Shown here: piece by piece, positions 27,912 through 37,467 of the stretch
Layout: each line of letters opens with the position of its first letter
How positions within the stretch are numbered: the stretch's first letter is position 1
IMG/VR virus record: IMGVR_UViG_3300021419_000005
Span: 1,380-65,379 of that record
Source of the DNA: a virus
Lineage: Duplodnaviria; Caudoviricetes
DNA length: 64,000 nt
Reading direction: 5' to 3' (one strand)
Position numbers and translations under genes: made by a program
Notes under the pieces: model-generated
The model's input: the letters and a program-made list of their open reading frames with translations, nothing else
What the model was told of the DNA's origin: nothing
The model's database searches: none

Positions 27912-29705
27912 CTACGCGGTGGAGAACGGCTGGCGTCGGGGGGCCGTCGGGTGGGCTCGAATCTGGGAGAGGACCGTCTCGAAGGACATCGCGGCACGAG
28001 CGGGGTCGTCGACCCTGTCGGCCTTCACGGTGACCGAGATGGGGCCGTTGATGTTCGTCACCTGCTTCTCAGCAGGGGCATCAGCTGCCGCCATCGGCGG
28101 GTGCCAGCCGGCCTCCTGGTCAGCCGAAGCGAGCATGGGGGGCGGCGGGCCGAAGATGGCCTCCTGACCACCGGGAGAGGTCGGGGACCTTCCGAAGACG
28201 ATGTCGCCGAGCTGCTCCTTCGCCTCCCTGAAGATGGGCTTCAGCCGTGCCGTCTCTTCCTTGTTGATGTCCTGGATGGACTCTCCGGTGATGGGACTGG
28301 CCAGCACACGCCCGAGGGCCCTGACGAAGACGCCGAAGTAGCGGATGAGAAAGCCCACGACCGTCACCGCCGCCGAACCGGCCCGCACCACCCAGGAAAG
28401 ACCACGCGCAAGCCCCCCGAGGATGCCAATCACGGCAGCCCCCACGAGGTTCAGCGCAGATCCATGGCCCGTCATCATGGCGAAAGAGTCGCCCAGCTGA
28501 ACGATGGAGGCCCACAGCTGCCTGCCGCCTTCCATCGCCCACTCGGCAGCACCAGCATACTCGCGAGCGGCACCGGCGACCCCAGCCACCACAGCGGAGA
28601 AGAGGGCGACTGGACCGGCGGCTCGGGTGGCAACTCGCCCGAGGGTCGCGACCCCGGTTCGAATCACCGCCCATGAGCCCCCGAGGAGGCCTCCCCCAGA
28701 CAGGAAGGCCGTGCCGGCTGCACCAGCTGCCGAGAAGGCCCCTGCTCGACCGCGTCGCGCCATCCCGGAGACACCGCCCCCGGGTGCTGCCATCTGGGCC
28801 AGCGAGGCGCCGGCGACGATGGTGGCGTAGGTCTTGGCCTGGCCGATGAGGGTGTCCCACATCTCGATGAGTCGGGGCCCCCACTGCGACGCGATGTCTT
28901 CGAGGGTGCCCTCGTTCTGCTCGAGGAAGTCGTTGGCGCTCCGGAGGTGCTCCGACCACCGCTCGAACAGGGGGCGCGTGACGATGCGGGCCAGGCGCCG
29001 GAGGTGGTCGAACAGCGTTGCCGTCTGCGCACTCCACGAACGTCCCATCAGCTCCACGCCTGGCGCGAAGGCTTGGAACGCGCGGTTGAGGGCGTTCACC
29101 CGCTCTTCGGGTGCGAGCTTCCGGAACGACTCCGCGGTCTGCCCGGACGCACGAAGTGCCTGCATCACGATGGGCGTGGTGCGGTCACCCACCTGGCCGC
29201 CGAGGGCCTGGGCTACGTCCATCGGCGCCAGAGAGAGCCCCTCCTGACCACGAAGGGCGAACCCAGCGCCCAAAGCGTTGCGGTTCAGCTCTCGCAGCTG
29301 GTCGATGCTCGCGCCCAGGCCGAGGCCTGGTCCAAGCATGCGCTGGAGACCCTGGAGGTAGTTGTCGAGCTCGCCGGCACCACTCGCTGCGTCCGCCGTG
29401 AGGTTCTGGACGAGCGTGCGGGCGGTGCCCAGCGTCTGGTTGATGCCCATGCCCATGTTCGCGGACAGGAGCGTCGCGAGGCCGGACTCAGCCTCCTCGA
29501 TGCCTGTGTGGAGCCCGATGAGGCCGCGGGTGATGCGCCCAAGGCCGGCAGCGCCAGCCAAGCCAGCGAACACCCGCCCGAGCGAGGACCCGACCGACAA
29601 CCCCCGGCGCTCGACCGCGGCGAGTCGTCGTTCAGCCGAAGAGGCCCCACCGTTGGTCTCGTCGTCGGCCACGATGCGGGCACTGATGACGTAGTCGACT
29701 GCCAT
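27912..29705 (-). CDS. Tape measure protein
   Basis: 597 aa, Ala/Gly-rich and helical; follows the chaperone and precedes the baseplate genes. Confidence 0.85.
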   Translation of the reverse strand: MAVDYVISARIVADDETNGGASSAERRLAAVERRGLSVGSSLGRVFAGLAGAAGLGRITRGLIGLHTGIEEAESGLATLLSANMGMGINQTLGTARTLVQNLTADAASGAGELDNYLQGLQRMLGPGLGLGASIDQLRELNRNALGAGFALRGQEGLSLAPMDVAQALGGQVGDRTTPIVMQALRASGQTAESFRKLAPEERVNALNRAFQAFAPGVELMGRSWSAQTATLFDHLRRLARIVTRPLFERWSEHLRSANDFLEQNEGTLEDIASQWGPRLIEMWDTLIGQAKTYATIVAGASLAQMAAPGGGVSGMARRGRAGAFSAAGAAGTAFLSGGGLLGGSWAVIRTGVATLGRVATRAAGPVALFSAVVAGVAGAAREYAGAAEWAMEGGRQLWASIVQLGDSFAMMTGHGSALNLVGAAVIGILGGLARGLSWVVRAGSAAVTVVGFLIRYFGVFVRALGRVLASPITGESIQDINKEETARLKPIFREAKEQLGDIVFGRSPTSPGGQEAIFGPPPPMLASADQEAGWHPPMAAADAPAEKQVTNINGPISVTVKADRVDDPARAAMSFETVLSQIRAHPTAPRRQPFSTA

Positions 29706-29876
29706 CTACGACTCCGAGCCCGAGGCATCGTTTTCGCGCGTCATCAGGCGGATGAGCGCCAAGTAGAAGGACCGGAGTTGGGACCGCGGCCAGCCGAGCA
29801 TCTCGTCGACCGACTGCCGTCCGTAGCGAGCGCAGTAGACGAGCTGGTCCCAGTGCTCGTCTACGCGGCGTTTCCC
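29706..29876 (-). CDS. -1 frameshift extension of the tail assembly chaperone (gpGT-like)
   Basis: G GGA AAC slippery heptamer at 29876-29870. The -1 frame is open to a TAG at 29708-29706, abutting the tape measure ATG. Confidence 0.8.
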   Translation of the reverse strand, partial: GKRRVDEHWDQLVYCARYGRQSVDEMLGWPRSQLRSFYLALIRLMTRENDASGSES

Positions 29877-30520
29877 ACCTTCGGAGCCTCGCCGGCGCCG
29901 GTGGCTTCACCGAAGAGCAGGCCGAGCAGGACCGTGTCCACAGCCGAGAAGCAGCGGTCCCACTTTCCGCCGGAGAGCGCGCCTTCGGCCACCGGTTCAC
30001 CGTCGATGGACACGATGTGGCGACGGCCGGCGTCCATGGAGCCGGCGATGTTGCTGCGCCCGTGTTCCGCTGCCGTGAGGGCTTCCCGGACGGTCGACTC
30101 GTGGGGCTCGCGCATGGCGACCACGCGTCCGTCCGGGAGCTTGCCCGACCAGACCTCGCCGGTGGCGGTGTCGACCACCGAGATGGACTCCCGGAAGGCC
30201 TCCTCCTGGTCCTGCGTCGGCGCGTGCAGGCTGGACCACACCCGACCGAGCTGGAGGCGGTGGCGAGTGCGGGGGATGTGGTCCTCGAGCTTCTCGCCGA
30301 CGACGTCCATGTAGGAGAGGTCGGTCTCGCCCACCTTGCGGATGGACCGGCGGGCACCCTCGCCGTTCAGGTCGAGGTTCATCACACCGACGGCGGCACC
30401 CTTCGATGAGGTCTGGACGAACCGTTCGACCTTTGCGAGCTCGGAGGCGGTGAGGATGACGAGGACCACGGCAGGTCCACGGGGAAGCTGAACCAGCTTC
30501 GCTTCACGGGGGGAGGACAT
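29861..30520 (-). CDS. Tail assembly chaperone (gpG-like)
   Basis: Between tube and tape measure; ends at a slippery site. Confidence 0.78.
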   Translation of the reverse strand: MSSPREAKLVQLPRGPAVVLVILTASELAKVERFVQTSSKGAAVGVMNLDLNGEGARRSIRKVGETDLSYMDVVGEKLEDHIPRTRHRLQLGRVWSSLHAPTQDQEEAFRESISVVDTATGEVWSGKLPDGRVVAMREPHESTVREALTAAEHGRSNIAGSMDAGRRHIVSIDGEPVAEGALSGGKWDRCFSAVDTVLLGLLFGEATGAGEAPKVGNAA

Positions 30521-30548
30521 GGGGGCTCTCCAGTCCGGGGGTGATGGC

Positions 30549-30980
30549 TCAGACTGCGATGCGGGCCTCGCCCGTCTTCAGCGTGAGCCGGATGTTGTTC
30601 TTCTCGCCGCGGGACGCGCTCTTCTCGAAGGCGGTCCGCGTGCAGTTCCGGTAGAGGAACGACTTCGACGACGAGCCGGTGTACCGGGTGGTCACGACGA
30701 CGCTCAGCTCGACAGGCTGACGGGCGACCGCCGCCGCATCGAGCGCGTCCTCCAGCTCCTCGGCAGCTGCGCTGTTCTCGTGGACCTCCATCTCCAGCTC
30801 CCACCCATCGGGGGTCGCGTCGTACTTGGTGGAGGTGGTCCCGAGAGGACGCGTGGTGGTCTCCTGGACGAGCTTGCGCGCCCGGAACCGCACGAGGTCG
30901 TAGATGTTGACCGGGGCGCCGTCCACCAGCACCTGCACGGTCTGGTCGACACCCTCGGAGGCGTGGTCCTTGCTGCCCAT
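30549..30980 (-). CDS. Tail tube protein
   Basis: 143 aa beta-rich protein immediately after the sheath; AGGAG RBS. Confidence 0.78.
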   Translation of the reverse strand: MGSKDHASEGVDQTVQVLVDGAPVNIYDLVRFRARKLVQETTTRPLGTTSTKYDATPDGWELEMEVHENSAAAEELEDALDAAAVARQPVELSVVVTTRYTGSSSKSFLYRNCTRTAFEKSASRGEKNNIRLTLKTGEARIAV

Positions 30981-31032
30981 GGCAACTCCTGGCGGGCGAG
31001 CCCGCTGTCAGATGGTGAGGTGGTGGCCGACC

Positions 31033-32532
31033 TCAGAGGGAGACCGTGGTACCGACCTGCTGCTGGAGAGTGAGCTCGTCGAGCGTGCCCCAGAGGGCGA
31101 CCTGGACGATGATGATCGCCCGGTTGGCAGCCAGGTCGGCGGCCGTGTTGGCGCTGTAGGGGTCAATGCCGAAGTCGCGAACACCGCGGTCGCCAGCGCC
31201 GACCTCACCCTTCAGCCACGCAGCCATGGCACCCACCAGGGAGCGAACGTTGGGCCCAAGCTCTTCGTTCGTCAGGTCGATGTCGAGCTGGGTCTCGGTG
31301 TACTGCGCGGCAAAGCGTGCAAGGGCGTTCTGGATGCGGTCCTTGAGGCGCCGGTCCCGCAGCTTCTTCGGGCCAGTGGTGGTCAGCTCCGTCGCCACAC
31401 CCTTCCGGATGATGGCTCCACCGAGCTCGGCCGCCATCATCCACGGAGCAATGCCCGCAGCGTTCATGGCGTCGAGGGTGGAGCGGCTGGCGCTCTCGTC
31501 CTCAAGGCCAACGATGCCGGAGAGGTACGGGGCACCCGGGGAACCACCGGCGCTCTCCCACTGCTCGACGTTGGCCCAAGCGAATGCGGCGAAAGCGTTC
31601 CCGTCAACCTCGATGACGCCGGCGTCGGAGGCGAAGAAGTTGGTCGTCTTCACCATCGGCCAGGGGTACTGCACCCGGTCGGACCGGTAGCTGGCGACGT
31701 CGGTGATGGCGTCGGCGGAGGCCTGGTCGTCGACCGTGCACAGGACGGCGATGCCCTTGTCCGTGTCGTCGCACCACGCCTTGAGACCGGCGTTGACGCC
31801 CGCCTTGAGCGCTTCGGGGACCTGTGCAGCGAAGAGCACGTCGCACTGGACACCCACGCCGTAGAACTGGCGGATGCCCACCGAGCTGCTCGAGCTGCCC
31901 ACGAAGTCGGCGGCGACCGCGGTGCCGTCGCTGCCGCTGGTCAGGGCAGTCGCGGAGCCCGTGGCGGGCATGGCCGTCGGGCTGCTCACCGAAATGTCGA
32001 CGTAGGGGTCGGAGATGCTGGCGAGGTCGCCCGTGGCGAGGTCCTCGTAGGTCTTCGAGTACCCGGTGCCGATGGCGATGGTGAGGTTCCGCTCGGCAGC
32101 GTCGCCACCGGTGGCCGCGGCCCAGGTGTAGGTGATGCTGTTGCCGAGGACGCCTGGGTACTTGGCGTCGATGGTGACCGTGCCGGTTCCGGCGGTGATG
32201 GCCCCCGAGGAGGCCTTGGCCTGGCTGGTCGCGGCGATGCGGCAGACCTTCGCGCCGCCCGCGGGGATGCGCTTGTTGAGCATCGCCAGGATGGCCGGGT
32301 AGGCCGTGAAGTCCTTCGTGCTGGCGAAGGCGTTCGGGTAGAACGCGGCCCAGTACTCGCCCATCTGGGTGATGGTCGTGGGGGTGTTGACCGGGCCCCA
32401 GGGGAGGTCTGCGACGATGCCGACCACGTTGGCGGCGGTGCCCGAGACCTGCCGCGGTGCCGGCACTTCGAGGATGTTGGTGCCGTAGCCAGCCTGGCTC
32501 GGGCCGGTGATGGTGCGGACGAGGCTGCCCAT
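31033..32532 (-). CDS. Tail sheath protein
   Basis: VGIVADLPWGPVNTP, AKYPGVLGNSI and LTSGSDG; 499 aa. Confidence 0.9.
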   Translation of the reverse strand: MGSLVRTITGPSQAGYGTNILEVPAPRQVSGTAANVVGIVADLPWGPVNTPTTITQMGEYWAAFYPNAFASTKDFTAYPAILAMLNKRIPAGGAKVCRIAATSQAKASSGAITAGTGTVTIDAKYPGVLGNSITYTWAAATGGDAAERNLTIAIGTGYSKTYEDLATGDLASISDPYVDISVSSPTAMPATGSATALTSGSDGTAVAADFVGSSSSSVGIRQFYGVGVQCDVLFAAQVPEALKAGVNAGLKAWCDDTDKGIAVLCTVDDQASADAITDVASYRSDRVQYPWPMVKTTNFFASDAGVIEVDGNAFAAFAWANVEQWESAGGSPGAPYLSGIVGLEDESASRSTLDAMNAAGIAPWMMAAELGGAIIRKGVATELTTTGPKKLRDRRLKDRIQNALARFAAQYTETQLDIDLTNEELGPNVRSLVGAMAAWLKGEVGAGDRGVRDFGIDPYSANTAADLAANRAIIIVQVALWGTLDELTLQQQVGTTVSL

Positions 32533-32541
32533 GGGTGCTCC

Positions 32542-33147
32542 TCAGCTCGTGGAGACAAGAATGGTCGTCTCCGAGCCCTCGACCGCACCGGAGAAGGTGG
32601 TCGTGGCGTCGAGACGTTGGATGGTCGGGGTGGTGACCCGGCGGACACGGCTGCACGTGGCTCGCAGGTCCACGCGGGCGCGCCAGGTTCCCCGGGGCGC
32701 GGCGTCGGAGTCCTGGTCGACGGCTTGGCCGACGGTCCGGAACCGGACGGTGAGGTCGTGGTAGTCGGCCTGGACGAGTTCCAGACCGCTCGAAGCGGGG
32801 GTGAGGTTGTCGAGGGCCTCGGTGAGCGCCTCGAGCATGGGGCCAAGGTGGGCCTTGTACGGGACCCAGAGGTCGACCTGGACCGCCCACTCGAGCAGCG
32901 CGGTCCTCCAGACGGTGACGCCCGTGTCGTGGCTCAAGGCCACGGGGCTCACGGGGGTGACGTCGGGGTTGCCAGCGGTGAGCGAGATGAGCGGGTTGGC
33001 CGCATCCGCCACCGTCCCCCACTCGGGCCACCCGTCCAACACGGTGAGCGTGTTGTGGTCGCTGGGGATGTCGCCGGGGACGACGATGGTGGCCTCGAGG
33101 TGGGCCCGGAGGGCTTCCATCGCGCTGACGACGGGGTCGGTGGCCAT
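32542..33147 (-). CDS. Probable tail terminator/completion protein
   Basis: Synteny directly upstream of the sheath. Confidence 0.6.
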   Translation of the reverse strand: MATDPVVSAMEALRAHLEATIVVPGDIPSDHNTLTVLDGWPEWGTVADAANPLISLTAGNPDVTPVSPVALSHDTGVTVWRTALLEWAVQVDLWVPYKAHLGPMLEALTEALDNLTPASSGLELVQADYHDLTVRFRTVGQAVDQDSDAAPRGTWRARVDLRATCSRVRRVTTPTIQRLDATTTFSGAVEGSETTILVSTS

Positions 33148-33150
33148 GGA

Positions 33151-33666
33151 CTACCTCTGGCTCTTCCTCCGGAGGCGCCGGCGGGCCTCTCGGCGGAACC
33201 AGCGAGCGATGCGCGGTTCCAGCCCCTTGAGGAGGAGGTGCGGCTTGCTGCCGCGGATGTGGATGGCGTTCCGGATGGCCCAGGCGGCCTGGTCGATGTC
33301 CGCCTCGGTGGGCGGGGACCCGTCTGGCCCAGTGACCTTGCCTTCGGGGACCAGCTTGCGAGCCACCCACTCGCGAATGGGGGCGAACGGAGGTCCGGGG
33401 CGACCTGGACGTCGGCCGTGCTCCAGGGTGGACGCGTGGGGGGCCGTGTTGCCCACCTCCGCACCCTTCGGGATGGAGCGATGCACCCAGGAGGCCTTGA
33501 ACTGGCCTTGGTCGACGAGCCCCGAGTTGTTGGTCGCTCGGACAGCGGCACCCTCGGCCTTGAGCGCCACCTCGAGGGCGACGGCTCGGACGAGCTCGGT
33601 GTCCTCTCGCAGGCGCCGACGGAGACGGTCACCCAGGTCGTTCGCGCGGATGTATTGCTCGGCCAT
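33151..33666 (-). CDS. Neck protein, HK97 gp10-like
   Basis: VDQGQFKASW, VGNTAPHASTLEHG and RGSKPHLLL. Confidence 0.78.
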   Translation of the reverse strand: MAEQYIRANDLGDRLRRRLREDTELVRAVALEVALKAEGAAVRATNNSGLVDQGQFKASWVHRSIPKGAEVGNTAPHASTLEHGRRPGRPGPPFAPIREWVARKLVPEGKVTGPDGSPPTEADIDQAAWAIRNAIHIRGSKPHLLLKGLEPRIARWFRREARRRLRRKSQR

Positions 33667-33669
33667 GGC

Positions 33670-34074
33670 CTATCCTCGGGCCTTCCGGCGGAGGGTGACC
33701 TCCCAGGCCAGGTTCTTCTCGGTCGGCTCGCCGATGAGCGTGTACTCGTCGGCGTCGATGAGCCAGACACGCTCCTGGTTGGCGGCAAGCGCACCACCGA
33801 GCTGGTCGGCGGTGTAGGTGGCCGAGATGCGGTCGACGACGCGGTCGCCGTCCTTGAAGCGGCCGGGGGCGAGGGCCAGGCGGCGGGAGGAGATGCCGCG
33901 GACCTTCGGGGGCGGGGAGAGCACGAGCTCCACGACGCTCTTCGAACCGAGGCCGGGCTTGGCGCCTGACCAGGTCGTGGTTCGAACCGTCACGGCGTGG
34001 CGGCGGAATCCGAGGTCGTTGATGAGGCCACGGGCCTCGTCGACCACGGGGATGAGGTCGTCGCGGAGCGTCAC
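33670..34074 (-). CDS. Probable head-closure protein
   Basis: Size and synteny. Confidence 0.55.
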   Translation of the reverse strand: MTLRDDLIPVVDEARGLINDLGFRRHAVTVRTTTWSGAKPGLGSKSVVELVLSPPPKVRGISSRRLALAPGRFKDGDRVVDRISATYTADQLGGALAANQERVWLIDADEYTLIGEPTEKNLAWEVTLRRKARG

Positions 34075-34077
34075 GGG

Positions 34078-34548
34078 TCACCCCTTCTTCGGGTACGCCT
34101 CGCACAAGTCGGCGTGGTGCTTCTGGAGCCAGCGGGCCATCTCGCCGGAGTACACGTCCCGGAAGGACAGGCGGAGCCGGCGGCCATCGGGCCCCTTCAC
34201 CACCTGGTTGCCGGTGAGGCGGACGGTGGGATGGACAACCGGCTTGGGTTCGACCGGCTTGGGTGCCTTCGGGGTGGACGCCTTGCGGGTCCGCCGGCGG
34301 GGCTTCGGCTTGGGGGCGGGCTCGGCCTTGGCAGGCTCGGGGGCGGGCTCGGCGGGCTTGCCCTCCCCTTCCGCGGTGTCGGGGTCGGGGTCGGGGTCGT
34401 CGTCGCCATCGTCGGCGGCGGTCTCACCACCGTCGTCCGCGGCGGCGCGGAACGCCTTGACCTCTTCGACGGTGACGCCAGCCATCTCGGCGACCTTCTC
34501 GTCGGGAACAGTGCCGATGACGGCGGAGTACTTCTCGAGCGACATCAT
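34078..34548 (-). CDS. Hypothetical protein with acidic and Pro/Lys-rich linker
   Basis: Coupled ORF; IGTVPDEKVAEMAGVT HTH-like start. Confidence 0.65.
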   Translation of the reverse strand: MMSLEKYSAVIGTVPDEKVAEMAGVTVEEVKAFRAAADDGGETAADDGDDDPDPDPDTAEGEGKPAEPAPEPAKAEPAPKPKPRRRTRKASTPKAPKPVEPKPVVHPTVRLTGNQVVKGPDGRRLRLSFRDVYSGEMARWLQKHHADLCEAYPKKG

Positions 34549-34910
34549 GCGCCTCGCATTGCGATGCCGGAGCCCCCCGAGCCGCTCGAGAAGACATCAC
34601 GGAGGACCGAGACGCCGAGCGTGGACGCGATGAGGTTGGCGAGCCGGCGGCCTTCCATCCGGAGGGCCTGGATTTCCTGGGGGCCAGCAAGGACGACGTC
34701 CTCGGCCTTGATGACCTTCTGGCGGCTCCAGGAGGACTGGAGCTGCGTGTCGATGGTGTCGAGCTGGGAGAGGGCGTCGGTGACGCGGCTCTCGCCGAAC
34801 GTCGACAAGGAGGTCAGGCCGCTCTCCAGATCAGGGAACGAGGACCGGAACCCGTCGGGGTACCCGAGCCAGTACCGGACCTTGCTCTTCTGGTCGTCGG
34901 TGAGGGCCAT
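34545..34910 (-). CDS. Probable head-tail adaptor
   Basis: MALTDDQKSKVRYWLGYP; helical protein of about 120 aa after the capsid genes. Confidence 0.65.
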   Translation of the reverse strand: MALTDDQKSKVRYWLGYPDGFRSSFPDLESGLTSLSTFGESRVTDALSQLDTIDTQLQSSWSRQKVIKAEDVVLAGPQEIQALRMEGRRLANLIASTLGVSVLRDVFSSGSGGSGIAMRGA

Positions 34911-34915
34911 GGGAC

Positions 34916-35446
34916 TCAGGGGGCGACGAGGTTGACCATCTCGGGGGCGGTGTAGGTCTGGCGGGGCACGCCACACGGAACACCTTCGGGGATGCCGTCG
35001 TGGATGGTGCCCTGAGCCGCTAGGCCGCCGCCGGCGTCGAAGTCGCAGGACGGACCCGCGACGAAGACGCCGATGATGCCCTTGGTCTCCACGAGGTCGG
35101 GCAACAGCGCGAGCGCCAGGGCCTCGGTGGTGGCGTCGGTGCCAGCGGCGACCGAGGCGGCTCCGGAGCCGTCCAGGTAGAGCCAGTAGGCGCGGTAGCT
35201 GGAGGCGTCGGTGTCGGTCTCGCCGGAGAGGTCCCAGAGGTCGTCGGTGGACGCCTTGGTCTTGTCGACGCCGGCCACCCGGTAGGTCGAGCTCGCCGTG
35301 GTCCGGAGGTTGCCGGCGGTGGTGCCGTCACCGATGGAGCCGATGGCGGTGGCACCGAAGGCGAGGAGCATGAGGAGGGAGTTGTGGCGGGCCCACAGAG
35401 CGTCCAGCTCCGAGCGACCGCCGGTCTTGCGGATGTTGGTGGTCAT
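34916..35446 (-). CDS. Probable capsid decoration protein
   Basis: Directly follows the major capsid gene; Thr/Ala/Gly-rich. Confidence 0.55.
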   Translation of the reverse strand: MTTNIRKTGGRSELDALWARHNSLLMLLAFGATAIGSIGDGTTAGNLRTTASSTYRVAGVDKTKASTDDLWDLSGETDTDASSYRAYWLYLDGSGAASVAAGTDATTEALALALLPDLVETKGIIGVFVAGPSCDFDAGGGLAAQGTIHDGIPEGVPCGVPRQTYTAPEMVNLVAP

Positions 35447-35479
35447 CGCGTCTCCGTGGGGATGGAGAGGGGCAAGAGC

Positions 35480-35515
35480 GCCACGAGGCCACCCGGAAGG
35501 GGATGGCCTCGTGGC
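35480..35515 (-). terminator. Strong hairpin after the major capsid gene
   Basis: GCCACGAGGCCA-N12-TGGCCTCGTGGC. Confidence 0.55.
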
Positions 35516-35545
35516 TCAGTCAGGCGCGGGTGAGCGGAGTGCTGC

Positions 35546-36631
35546 TCAGCTGAGGACCAGCTTGGCGTGGCTGTTCCGGCGCTTCCAAGCGAGCTGGAGG
35601 TAGCAGAAGACCATCGCCTTCATCGAGTCGCCGCCGGAGCTGAGAAGCTTGATGTAGGGCACGAGCTGCTCGCCACCGTACAGGTTGCGGAGGGCCTGCT
35701 CGACCTCGTTGAGGGGGATGGCCACTCCCGTGAGGTTGATGATGGCTTGGCGGACTTCCCCGGGGGAGACCGAGGAGTTCGCGGCCGGCATCTGGTGAAT
35801 CTCGACGTCGCGAGCCGACCAGGCGTAGAAGGTGCTTGCGCTTGCGTGGCGGTCTTCGATGTACGGCACGCCATCGATGCGGATGGCCGTGGAACCCATG
35901 GTCTTCTCGATGTCCACCATGCCGTTTGCACCGCGGACCATCGTGGTGATGGCATCGCTGCGTTCGGCAACGATGTCACGGAGCTGGTCGAACAGCGCAC
36001 CACTGCAGGTCACGAAGTCGGGGTTGTGCCCGGTCGCGTTCTTGATGGGCCGGTGGAGAAGCTCGCGGAGCTTCGCCTCCGAGAGCTGTTCCGCGGGAAG
36101 GGTCTCCTCGGAAGCGAGCCACTCGGAGTACGTGCCGCTCGCGAGGTTCGCGAAAGTGCCAGCGGTACCGTCGATGGCGACAGCGGCGCCAGCAAGCTCG
36201 ACGGGGCTCGCGGTGGGGTCACCCGAGTAGCAGTCGACGGAGATGTCGACCGCAAGCTCGTGGGTGGCGTCGAGGACCTCTTCGAGGAAGACGTCGGTGA
36301 GGTCGCCACCACCGGTGCCGCCGGAAGCAGCCGCCACAGCCTGGGCCAGGCCGCTGACCTTCGCGCCCTTGCGGTACTGCGCCCAGTTGAGCGAGGCCGG
36401 GGCGCGAGAGTGCGCGTCGAAGTCGCCGTCGGACATATCGGCGCCTTCGGCGTAGGCACCGCCAGCACTACGGCCGCTGAACTTCGCGTTCCAAGTGCAG
36501 GTGGCGTTTCGACCACGCCGGACACCCAAAAGGTTGGGCAGGACCACGTCGCGCCGGAACTGCACGACCGTGCGGTCCTGGAAGATGAGGGAGAGAGCCG
36601 CCGAGATTGCGGCCAGGGACAGGGTCGCCAT
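35546..36631 (-). CDS. Major capsid protein
   Basis: 361 aa after the scaffold; AYAEGAD and IDGVPYIEDRH (HK97-fold pattern). Confidence 0.85.
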   Translation of the reverse strand: MATLSLAAISAALSLIFQDRTVVQFRRDVVLPNLLGVRRGRNATCTWNAKFSGRSAGGAYAEGADMSDGDFDAHSRAPASLNWAQYRKGAKVSGLAQAVAAASGGTGGGDLTDVFLEEVLDATHELAVDISVDCYSGDPTASPVELAGAAVAIDGTAGTFANLASGTYSEWLASEETLPAEQLSEAKLRELLHRPIKNATGHNPDFVTCSGALFDQLRDIVAERSDAITTMVRGANGMVDIEKTMGSTAIRIDGVPYIEDRHASASTFYAWSARDVEIHQMPAANSSVSPGEVRQAIINLTGVAIPLNEVEQALRNLYGGEQLVPYIKLLSSGGDSMKAMVFCYLQLAWKRRNSHAKLVLS

Positions 36632-36713
36632 GGATGGCTCCTGGTCTGGTGGCGGCTACCCGCCGCTTGGTCGTTGGATGCCCAGAAGGGCGCTTGGGAG
36701 AGAGGGGCCGGAG

Positions 36714-37460
36714 CTACTGAGCGAGGCTGCCCATCCGGAGGCCACCGCGGACGAGGCCACCAAAGTCGATGGATCCGTCGGCCTTGCGGGGGACGTTGCC
36801 GCTACCGCCACCGGTGTTCTTGCCGCCGTTGCCGTCGCCCGTGCCGGTCGCGCCGGTCGCCGGGAGGTAGAGCTTGCCGGTGTCCGTTCCCACCCAGTCC
36901 TTGATGCCGTCGGCCAGGGAGCGGGTGTCGACGTAGCCCTTGCGCTGCTGAAGGAAGGTGGGCTCACCGGCGTCGTTGAGGCCAACCACGGCCTTGCCGT
37001 CTTCGAGCTTCAGGGTGCGCAGGAAGGCGATGGCCGGGCCTTGGGCCTGGGCGGGCACGCCTGCCGTTCCAAGGTGCTCGCGGAGCGCACCGTCGAGACG
37101 CTGCTCGCGGGCCTTCTGCTCGGCAGCCTCGCGGGCCTCCTGGGCCTCGCGGTTCTGCTTTTCCATGGCTTCCAGCTTCTCTTCGAGCTTGGCGACCGCG
37201 GGGTCGGGGTCGGTCTTGCCGCCCTTGTTCTTGCTGCCGTCGTCGTCGCCCTTGCCCTTCGCCCCAGCGAGCTTCTCGCCGAGCGCCTCGAGCTTCGAGT
37301 CCAGGTTGAGGGCTTCGAAAGCCTTCGTGGTGCCCTGCTCCACCATCTTGGTGGCGGCGTCGGCGGTGACGAACTTCTTGTCGAGCTCGCCTCCGAAGGA
37401 CTTCAGGCTGCTAGCGATGGATTCGGCGATGAACTTCTTGTCGGCGTCGTCGAGGGGCAT
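36714..37460 (-). CDS. Capsid scaffolding protein
   Basis: Charged coiled coil with a Gly-rich C-terminal GTG motif, upstream of the capsid gene. Confidence 0.78.
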   Translation of the reverse strand: MPLDDADKKFIAESIASSLKSFGGELDKKFVTADAATKMVEQGTTKAFEALNLDSKLEALGEKLAGAKGKGDDDGSKNKGGKTDPDPAVAKLEEKLEAMEKQNREAQEAREAAEQKAREQRLDGALREHLGTAGVPAQAQGPAIAFLRTLKLEDGKAVVGLNDAGEPTFLQQRKGYVDTRSLADGIKDWVGTDTGKLYLPATGATGTGDGNGGKNTGGGSGNVPRKADGSIDFGGLVRGGLRMGSLAQ

Positions 37461-37467
37461 GGGGCTC

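Noticed and set aside
22827-32532. Contractile module as a tailocin, eCIS or T6SS
   Set aside because: It is linked to terminase, portal, capsid and integrase genes, so it is a phage tail.
30904-33969. Very long + strand ORFs (30904-33969, 36958-38961, 38436-40328, 22044-23543)
   Set aside because: These are antisense shadows of GC3-biased structural genes on the minus strand, with no recognisable motifs.
34360-34440. GGGGTC short tandem repeats
   Set aside because: They simply encode a low-complexity DPDPDP linker.
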